A stretch of 63,991 nt of DNA, filler included, from Stramenopiles sp. TOSAG23-2 (Eukaryota): assembly GCA_900128395.1 (NCBI GenBank). It is 3 parts of 3 records of this genome, joined end to end, with 100 filler letters (N's around TTAATTAATTAA, not from the genome) between each part and the next. Parts side by side here need not be neighbours in the genome. Positions count along the whole stretch, not along the records: positions 44,020 to 63,991 come from LT649566.1; 2 more parts are not named here. The stretch is one strand, 5' to 3'. This document shows, piece after piece, positions 56,101 through 63,991 of this stretch. Both the position numbers and the translations under genes were made by a program. Positions within the stretch are counted from its first letter, which is position 1. Each line of letters starts with the position of its first letter. The notes under the pieces were generated by a model. It saw only the letters and a list, made by a program, of their open reading frames with translations, searched no databases and had not been told where the DNA came from.

Positions 56101-57450
56101 ATGAGTAATAGTAATAATGCACTTGATATGGGTGCAAGATCGGCAATTCAAACATCTATTGCGATGATCATTGCGCCTGCGAAGAAAAAGAAGAAGAAAA
56201 AAAAGAATGTAAAAAAAAATATTCATCAGACAAATAATAATAGTAAGAAAAGAAAATCAGCAACTTCTTCATATAATAGTGATAATATTAATAATAATAG
56301 AATAGTAGTACTTCCAGATAAAATTAATGTGAAAAAGATATCAGATGTATGTCAATATAATGCAAATCATTGTATATCTGCGAAAGAATCATTGTTTGAA
56401 ACGATGACTAGTTATAATAGTCATATTCGACTTTTGATTCTTCAAGTTATTAATCAGTTATTTCTTCAACATGAAAAATTTCGCAAAGAAGTTGTAAACG
56501 ATTTGCGTAATTTGGTTCTTCTTTGTATCGGGGATACATCGAATTTAAGAGGTCAGCTTCCACCACCAGCAAAGTTTGCAAAATTTTTGAAAGACAGATT
56601 TATAGATATGTTTGAAGATTGGCATTTAAATCATGGTACAGATTACAAAGCTTTAAGAGTCGCATATACATATATGCAAGAAAAACGTGGAATTGTCTTC
56701 TTAAATAGAAATCCTAATAAACGTTTGAGAATAAATAATAATAATAATAATAATAATGGAAATCAAAAAAAATTGTCATCTTATAATATGGAAAATGCTT
56801 GGAGAGATTTTCTGTCTTTAAAAAATGATACAATGAATATAGAGGATGTTGAAGATGCCGTAAAAATTGTAGAAGAAGCTTTAACTATGCTTTTGACAAA
56901 TCAAATAAAATGTAGTAAGGAAGATAATGTTGATAGCAGCAACAACAACAATAATAATAACAATAATAATAATAACTCTGAACAACAAAATATCATCAAT
57001 AATTATAAAAAAGAAAAACAAATTGTTTTAAGTGATAATACCACATATGATTATGATGATAATAGTAGTAGTAATGAAGAAGATGATGATGACGATGACG
57101 ACGAGGAATGGTTAGATGCAGAGACAAATTTACCTTTAACAAATAAAACCATGACAACGACTACGACAACGACGACAAAGAGTATTGCCAATACTGCAGC
57201 GACAACAATTAATAATAAATATAGTTTGCTTGTACAAAAAATGAATGAATTTAAGAAATTATTAGATACTAAATATTCAGGAAATGTACAAAATTGGATT
57301 AAGAAACTTATTGATATACTAAAAGCAGTTGAATCATCAAAAGAAAGACATTTTGAAGTCAAAATGATACGAGATAAGTTAATTAATATTCGTAATAAAA
57401 TTGACATATTGAATGATAAGTACAGTCAATTTAAGCATGTACGAGTATAA
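56101..57450 (+). CDS. UVSSA: UVSSA-like protein (N-terminal VHS-like domain), apparently lacking the C-terminal part
   Basis: HIRLLILQVINQLF..HEKFR..VVNDL..LVLLCIG..LPPPAKFAKFLK..FEDWH..HG..YKAL..AY.YM resembles the UVSSA N-terminal domain. Poly-Asn, poly-Asp and poly-Thr tracts are present. Confidence 0.7.
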   Translation: MSNSNNALDMGARSAIQTSIAMIIAPAKKKKKKKKNVKKNIHQTNNNSKKRKSATSSYNSDNINNNRIVVLPDKINVKKISDVCQYNANHCISAKESLFETMTSYNSHIRLLILQVINQLFLQHEKFRKEVVNDLRNLVLLCIGDTSNLRGQLPPPAKFAKFLKDRFIDMFEDWHLNHGTDYKALRVAYTYMQEKRGIVFLNRNPNKRLRINNNNNNNNGNQKKLSSYNMENAWRDFLSLKNDTMNIEDVEDAVKIVEEALTMLLTNQIKCSKEDNVDSSNNNNNNNNNNNNSEQQNIINNYKKEKQIVLSDNTTYDYDDNSSSNEEDDDDDDDEEWLDAETNLPLTNKTMTTTTTTTTKSIANTAATTINNKYSLLVQKMNEFKKLLDTKYSGNVQNWIKKLIDILKAVESSKERHFEVKMIRDKLINIRNKIDILNDKYSQFKHVRV

Positions 57451-57929
57451 AAAAATAAAATGATCTCCCTAGTGTATTGATACAGCCGAGAGAGAAGAAA
57501 AATTTTACGAACGTACTAAAAGTATGATATATAATAATTAATATTATAAAATTATACGAAGTATTTCTATATATTTGAATATATTATACGAAGTACGTAC
57601 AGTATATAATATATACGAACACGTATGCATATAAAATTATTTATGTACACACCGTATATTTAATTAGAGAGAGCTATATATATATATATATGTTGTATTC
57701 TCTTCTTTCCCTATCTCCCTCTCTCCTCTTTCATTTTCGTAATTACCGTATGACATACGAAGTATAATATTATATATATTATATATATAATAACATATAC
57801 ATGTATGCATGTCAAATGATGCTCATCATATATACCCGGAGTATGCATAGGATATCATATATTCGTATTTTATATCTTTTTAATATTACACATACTAATC
57901 ATATATACGAATCGTACGTCTTATCATAT

Positions 57930-58985
57930 TTATCCATAAAGAGTAATTAACCATTTTTTATATAATTGCATGAATTTCGCTACAAATGCTTCCAAATGAA
58001 AAATCTCTTTTTGTCCAGTTTGTAAACGATGTTCATAAAATGCAGCCCAATGACATACTTGAATTTTTAAGTTATCATCGCATTTTTTCAAAAGTTCGTT
58101 TGTCAATGTTTTTAATATGACATCTGCTGGTATACAATTTGTTAATAATTCGTATAATTTACCACGTACGCTTAACAATCGTGCTGGACTTTGCTCCTTT
58201 ATAATATCATTAGCAACTCCGATGGTATATGCTTCCCAATCTGTAATTTGGATTTCTTGATCATCTTTGAAAGGATAATTTTGAACTTTGCATGCTTCTA
58301 ACATCAATATAGCGCGTCTTAAATTTCGTCCAGATGCATCAGCAATACGTCTTGAAAATGCATCTGAAATTTTCAAACCTTCCTTTTTACAAACGCTGGT
58401 CAATACTTGGCATATTTCTGGCACTTTTGGCAATCCAACACGAACACAAAGGCAACGACTACGTACTGGATCGATTACTTTTGATAAACGTTGGCAACAT
58501 AATATTAAACGGCAATTGGCGGTGTATTTCTCCATCGTCCTGCGCAATGCTGCTTGTGCTTGTTTTGATAGGCGATCTACTTCGCTTAAAATAACTACTT
58601 TAAATTTCTTTTGTCCAGAGTTATCAAGAGAACGAAATTGTGCAATTTCTTTAATAACTTCTTGTACAACAAAACAATCTTTGTTTCCAACATCAGCAGG
58701 GTTTAATTCTGTATGATAATTACTACCCATCATGCTAATTTCTACCGTCGCGTTGGTAGGTGTTTTGAACGTCCGATGTTCCATCTTTATCTTTTGAACA
58801 CTTGGACCAAAGATAGCACGTAACAATGCCATGATACGTGTTTTCTTTCCAGCACCAGATGGTCCATAAAATAACATATGTGGTAATGAACCAGTAGATG
58901 CTAATGTTTTTAATTGCGTTGATATTTCATTATGATAATCTAACCTATCCAACGTGTTTGGTCTGTATTTATCCACCCAAAGCAT
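57930..58985 (-). CDS. RFC3: Replication factor C subunit 3 (38 kDa; yeast Rfc5 orthologue)
   Basis: Motifs LWVDKYRP, YGPSGAGKKTRI, AQAALRRTMEKY, SRC and IFHLEAFVAKFM. Confidence 0.96.
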   Translation of the reverse strand: MLWVDKYRPNTLDRLDYHNEISTQLKTLASTGSLPHMLFYGPSGAGKKTRIMALLRAIFGPSVQKIKMEHRTFKTPTNATVEISMMGSNYHTELNPADVGNKDCFVVQEVIKEIAQFRSLDNSGQKKFKVVILSEVDRLSKQAQAALRRTMEKYTANCRLILCCQRLSKVIDPVRSRCLCVRVGLPKVPEICQVLTSVCKKEGLKISDAFSRRIADASGRNLRRAILMLEACKVQNYPFKDDQEIQITDWEAYTIGVANDIIKEQSPARLLSVRGKLYELLTNCIPADVILKTLTNELLKKCDDNLKIQVCHWAAFYEHRLQTGQKEIFHLEAFVAKFMQLYKKWLITLYG

Positions 58986-59586
58986 GTTTGTTTCTCCTTT
59001 TTTTTTTAATGCTAATTTAAATGATTTTCGTTCTAATTTTTCTTATTACTGTATTAGTCTTTCTATAATCCGTATATATATATGTACATACATTATTCAA
59101 GTACCTGTATTGTACTATAAATTGAAATAAATATATATATAGAGAGAGAGTCGTCTATTAACTAGTACTAACAATGGGCAATGCTATTATAATTAGTGTT
59201 ATTATTTATTGACTCAAAATCATCAATTCAAATTTCACACAAATCATTCCCACGCATTCTGATGGCATTCCACAGCATTTTCCAGGCATTTTCTGGCATT
59301 CCTTAGAGTACCTACCTAGGTAGTCTACAAATAATATTAAGTGCTATTTATATGCTATCCAGCCTGGCCAGCTATTATAAAATTCTTCTCTTCAATCAGC
59401 AACAACAATAATAATAATTGCAACAACATAATTAACGTAGCGATATGTGCATAATATTTTTTAGTTTTTAGTATAGAGAAGATAGATGAAAGAGATAGAT
59501 AGATAAGTAGAGAGAGATTAGATTAGATTAGAGTAAATGACGTGGAAGAGGAAAAGACAATCAAAGATCAAAACGAGATAAACAAT

Positions 59587-60759
59587 ATGAAAGATTTAAA
59601 ACAAGTCATTATTTTCGTAATTGTAATTGTAATCAATTATGTACATGCATTAGAACAATGCAAAATTTATTTTACTTACCCGTTAAATTGGGAAACAGTA
59701 AAAAAAGGTATAACTAACTCCCATCCACAGCCATTCGATGCACAGACTGTAAATAACATGTGTAGCCAATACAAAAGCAATGCATGTTGTTCAACGGAAT
59801 TTGTGAATAAATTTGTATATGAATATTTCAAAGGTACGATAGAGGACCTTGAAACGCCAAGATGCCGTGCTGCTATTACAAGTGTTGAATGTTTTGCCTG
59901 TGGTTTAAATCAATTTGATTATATGGTAGTGGATGATGACCAACAAAAAGCGGAAGTTAAAATTTGTCGTAAAACATGTCAATCAATATTCGATGACTGT
60001 AAAGATGATGATGGATTTCGAGACAAGGAAGGGATGAAACCTGATAATGCAAATCAAGTATGTGCATATATTGACCAATTAGATGATGATGATATTGAAA
60101 TAAAAATAACTGATTCTATTGATCATTGTTTTTTATATGACAATGATGGTCCAAAAATTGTTTCAACATCGCCATGGACTGGTAATCATGAAGTTAGTGC
60201 AGCAACGGAAGAATTTAGCGTTGTCTTGGATGAACCTGTTGCATTTGGAAAAAGTGGTAAAATAAGATTGTATGATGGAAATGGGAAAGAAATTTCAGTA
60301 TTGGATATCGTTGAAGATTCAGAGAATATTAAATTAGTAAAAACGAAAGAAGAGGATGATACTATTGAAATCAAATTTGCAAATCATATGGATGATAATA
60401 ATAATAATAAAAAAAATTGTATATTAAAGGCACAAAATAGTAAATATTTTATTGATATTGACGAAGGTTCATTTATTGATCGTAATAATAATTCATTTGC
60501 TGGCATACATGGACGGGCATGGGAATTTCAAACCGAAGGAGTTGATAAATGCCCGTTTAGACATTCAGTAGATGTTGGGTTGATAATTGGCTTATCCTTA
60601 CTTGGTGTCTTTCTGATTGGAATCATTACCTTTGTCGTGATATATTATCGTCGTCGTGTACGGGAGACACAACGTAAATATACTACTGTAAATGATACAT
60701 TATCATTAAATGTTTTTAATGGTGATGGCATCATTCCTGATTTAGATGGTAAGATATAG
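59587..60759 (+). CDS. Type I membrane protein: folate-receptor/NPC1-like Cys-rich domain + Ig-like domain + TM
   Basis: Signal peptide; Cys spacing CSQYKSNACC..C..EC..C..ICRKTCQSIFDDC..C..CF. The segment DNDGPKIVSTSP..LDEPV..YFIDIDEGSFIDRNNNSFAGI..WEFQT is SbsA/Big_5-like. TM helix VGLIIGLSLLGVFLIGIITFVVIYY followed by RRR. Confidence 0.7.
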   Translation: MKDLKQVIIFVIVIVINYVHALEQCKIYFTYPLNWETVKKGITNSHPQPFDAQTVNNMCSQYKSNACCSTEFVNKFVYEYFKGTIEDLETPRCRAAITSVECFACGLNQFDYMVVDDDQQKAEVKICRKTCQSIFDDCKDDDGFRDKEGMKPDNANQVCAYIDQLDDDDIEIKITDSIDHCFLYDNDGPKIVSTSPWTGNHEVSAATEEFSVVLDEPVAFGKSGKIRLYDGNGKEISVLDIVEDSENIKLVKTKEEDDTIEIKFANHMDDNNNNKKNCILKAQNSKYFIDIDEGSFIDRNNNSFAGIHGRAWEFQTEGVDKCPFRHSVDVGLIIGLSLLGVFLIGIITFVVIYYRRRVRETQRKYTTVNDTLSLNVFNGDGIIPDLDGKI

Positions 60760-61285
60760 TGTGTATATATATAATATACGTATATACGAAGTAATATATA
60801 AAATCTTTTAATATAATAAAAATAAAATAAAATATATTAAAAAATTTAAAAAAATATACGAACAAGAGATACCGTGGTGTATTTTATTCTTTATTATTCG
60901 AATTGCATACCAGCATACTGGCATACCAGCATACTTATGCCTCTCTTTCTCTTTCTGCTCTGCTGCTGCTAGACTACCACCAGTGTGGTAGACCTAATAC
61001 ATGTACCAGGTGGGATAGCTCAGCTAGTTGCGTACTCATTTTCAGCAGCACCTTCCCAAGCTGGCCACCACTACTGCAAATCTTTTTTTTTGATATATAT
61101 ATCGATATACAAGTAAAATATAAAATAGGATATTATAGAAAATATACGCATACCAGCATAGTAGGTATAACATAAAGTATTGAAACAAAACAAAGAAACA
61201 ATCAATATTCAAATTCGATTCATATATATCTTATCATATATATACATAGTGTGTGTGTGAGAGAGAGAGAGAGAGAACAAAAACA

Positions 61286-62914
61286 ATGAACAACTTTATC
61301 CTTTACATAACTTCCATTATATTAACATTTTCGTATGTACAATCATTAACAGTATGGCCAAAACCCGCAACAACAACAAATAGTGGTGAAATATATCAAC
61401 TTTCAGACCAAGAAAGGAACTTTGATTTCAAAGCTACTGGTTACGTATCTAATACATTGGATGAAGCATTTGAGCGTTACAATGGGATTATTTTTCGTAG
61501 GAACAATATGTTGCAAAAAGCAAGAAATCAAAAAGTTATAAACTCAAAGATCGTACTTGATGAAGACTCTATTATTAATGGTGTTGATGTTAATGTATTA
61601 ACAAATGACCTGTCTTTGACACTTGAGACGAACCAAGCATATACTCTTAGTATTGAGAGTCCAAGAGTACAAATCAGTGCTCAAACGGTCTATGGTGCTA
61701 TGTATGGATTGGAGACGTTCTCGCAATTGATTTCGCGTGAAGGCTTTGTGAATGGAACAAAAATTACGGATAAACCGCGATTTCAATTTCGTTCTAGCAT
61801 GATCGATACGGCAAGACATTGGTTGCCTCTGGAGACGATATTTGCTCATCTAGATGCTATGGCATATAATAAAATGAATGTACTACATTGGCATATTGTC
61901 GATAGCCAATCCTTTCCATATTGTTCGTACACCTTTCCTACGTTGTGCGAGGAGGGTGCGTATACGCAGACGCATCTATACCATAGGGAAGATGTTCAAC
62001 AGGTAATTGATTATGCAACGAACCGTGGAATCCGTGTTATTCCAGAATTTGATACACCAGGGCATGTGCAACAAGGATTGATCACGATTAAGAATCTATT
62101 GACGCCATGCTATGATACAAAAACTGGGAAACCGGATGGAACCACTGGGCCATTGAATCCGACATTAGATTCTACGTATAATTTTTTGACGCAATTTTAT
62201 GCTGAAATTAAAGATGTTTTCCCGGATAAATTCGTTCATGTAGGTGGTGATGAAGTTAGCTTTGCATGTTGGCAAAGCAATCCGGAAATTACAAAATTTA
62301 TGAAAGCACATCCAAATATCACGACATATGCTGAGTTGGAATCATATTATGAAGTTCAGTTGCTTGAAATCTTGAAGAAACAAAACACTTCGTATATTAT
62401 TTGGCAAGAGATATTTGATAATGGTGTCGATATTTTACCAGATACTGTTGTTGATGTATGGAAAGGTGGCGGTTGGGAAGCTGAAATGGGACGTGTAACA
62501 AGTGCTGGTTTCCACAGTGTATTATCTGCGCCATTTTATTTGAATTACATCAGTTATGGTTTGGATTGGACTACATATTACAGTGTTGAGCCTACTAACT
62601 TTACATGCCCAACAGACGGTCCGTGTGATAAGTCTTTAGTAGGTGGGGTTGAACAATGCATGTGGGCAGAGTTTGTTGATGCAACGAATTTTTTGCCAAG
62701 GGTATGGCCGCGAGCATCTGCTGTTGCTGAAAGAGGTTGGTCACAGGAAAATGTACGAGATTTAGTTGAAGCACAAGTACGAATTCAAGAGTTTCGATGT
62801 AAATTGATTGAAAGAGGTATCCCAGCTGAACCTATTGCAAATGGTGGCAGTGGTGGTGAATTTTCTTATTGCGACCAAGAGTGGCAACCAACATACAGGA
62901 CGCCGTGGAATTGA
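61286..62914 (+). CDS. Beta-N-acetylhexosaminidase, GH20 (HEXA/HEXB-like)
   Basis: Signal peptide, then VWPKP, DKPRFQFR, DTARH, NVLHWHIVDSQSFP, PEFDTPGH, the catalytic HVGGDE, and WPRASAVAER. Confidence 0.96.
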   Translation: MNNFILYITSIILTFSYVQSLTVWPKPATTTNSGEIYQLSDQERNFDFKATGYVSNTLDEAFERYNGIIFRRNNMLQKARNQKVINSKIVLDEDSIINGVDVNVLTNDLSLTLETNQAYTLSIESPRVQISAQTVYGAMYGLETFSQLISREGFVNGTKITDKPRFQFRSSMIDTARHWLPLETIFAHLDAMAYNKMNVLHWHIVDSQSFPYCSYTFPTLCEEGAYTQTHLYHREDVQQVIDYATNRGIRVIPEFDTPGHVQQGLITIKNLLTPCYDTKTGKPDGTTGPLNPTLDSTYNFLTQFYAEIKDVFPDKFVHVGGDEVSFACWQSNPEITKFMKAHPNITTYAELESYYEVQLLEILKKQNTSYIIWQEIFDNGVDILPDTVVDVWKGGGWEAEMGRVTSAGFHSVLSAPFYLNYISYGLDWTTYYSVEPTNFTCPTDGPCDKSLVGGVEQCMWAEFVDATNFLPRVWPRASAVAERGWSQENVRDLVEAQVRIQEFRCKLIERGIPAEPIANGGSGGEFSYCDQEWQPTYRTPWN

Positions 62915-63056
62915 TTTCTTTTCGGAAGTATTGATTGAAAGAGGTATCCCAGCTGAACCTATTGCAAATGGTGGCAGTGGTGGTGAATTTTCTTATTGCG
63001 ACCAAGAGTGGCAACCAACATACAGGACGCCGTGGAATTGATTTCTTTTCGGAAGT
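62803..63056 (+). repeat. Exact 127-bp tandem duplication of the hexosaminidase 3' end, including its stop codon
   Basis: 62803-62929 equals 62930-63056; this explains the spurious 62808..63041 ORF. Confidence 0.95.
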
Positions 63057-63510
63057 CTTATTTGAAATTTAAGAAAAACCGTAATTTTTTAAATATTTTT
63101 TCATAATTCAGATTTTGACCCATCTTTAAATATTAATATTATAACACTATTTTTCATTATTAGGTGCATTACGAGGAGCGTACACCCGCATATTTTCCAT
63201 CAAATTTCATCATTTTCAACATTTTTGATCTAAATTCTTCTATTTCATTGTTTTCGTGATGGATTTTTCATTTCATTACAAGAAAACAAAGGAAAAACAT
63301 TGAAAATACCTTTTTAAACTTAGGCTCCACTAGTATACCATTTTTCCTATCAATTGGCAAAATAATTTTGACATTTCTTGTTTTCAGAAATTAGGGATAG
63401 CAGAATTTCTGGCATCAAATTTTTACACTAAAATTTATACTTAAATAAATTATTAATTTACATAAATGACTAAAATAAACTATAAAATTCATAAAAATCA
63501 TTAAATTATA

Positions 63511-63855
63511 AAAATATCCATTTTTTAAAACACAAAATACGTAAAAATTACATCGTCATTTTAACAATTTCATCCTCTTCTTAAAATTACATATAAATAC
63601 TATCAAATATGAAATCATACAAAATATCATATTTTAGATGGAAATTCACTTTTTTACATAAATTATAAATATCGTTTTTGGAAAATATCCATTTTATAAA
63701 ACACAAAAAACATGTAAAAATTACATCGTCATTTTAACAATTTCATCCTCTTCTTAAAATTACATATAAATACTATCAATATGAAATCATACAAAATATC
63801 ATATTTTAGATGGAAATTCACTTTTTACACATAATTGTAAATATCGTTTTTGGAA
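63511..63855. repeat. AT-rich tandem repeat, two units of about 172 bp
   Basis: AAAATATCCATTTT...TTACATCGTCATTTTAACAATTTCATCCTCTTC...AATATCGTTTTTGG occurs from 63511 and again from 63682. Confidence 0.9.
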
Positions 63856-63991
63856 TATTGAAACCTATCAAAAACTTAGTATAAAATTTTTGTACTAAAT
63901 TGTGTGAGACAGAGCCGACACTACATGTGAAAACCACCTATCAAGTAGTGTTACAGCTATAGGGTTACGCGTTTTTTTTAACTTTTAACGG

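Noticed and set aside
62808-63041. 77-aa ORF ending like the hexosaminidase
   Set aside because: It is a by-product of the 127-bp tandem duplication.
63955-63991. TAGGGTTA as a telomere seed
   Set aside because: Only a single unit is present, with no array.

Overview
AT-rich, intron-poor eukaryotic DNA, probably a protist; the taxon cannot be fixed from sequence alone. Evidence for a eukaryote: GT-AG introns with CTAAC branch points, poly-Asn tracts and eukaryotic housekeeping genes. The window is three contigs joined by artificial 100-nt spacers (N44-TTAATTAATTAA-N44 at 21915-22014 and 43920-44019), so linkage across those gaps means nothing. Contig 1 (1-21914) looks like a biosynthetic gene cluster. 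It holds a >4830-aa NRPS, open at the window edge, whose two ORFs are joined by a 112-nt intron. Its unusual architecture is carnitine acyltransferase-T-C-A-T-C-A-T-C-A-T-E-C, with no thioesterase. Next come a spliced ABCB-type half-transporter and an acetyl-CoA-transporter/AmpG-like MFS permease. Directly after the permease stop codon lie an in-frame acyl-CoA-binding-protein fragment and a convergent GPRGG basic-domain fragment around a hairpin, possibly a giant-virus relic. Contig 2 holds a 4089-aa membrane GT4 (Gtb3/PelF-like) glycosyltransferase fused to an internal PH domain and a C-terminal RhoGEF (DH-PH), plus PRPP synthetase, a small secreted Cys peptide and a gustatory-receptor-like multi-TM protein. 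Contig 3 holds mostly housekeeping genes (NTH1, a short UVSSA-like gene, RFC3, GH20 hexosaminidase), a methyltransferase with a hidden in-frame intron, a frameshifted Cys-rich repeat gene and several MITE-like or tandem repeats. All family calls are motif recognition by eye; no database searches were run.
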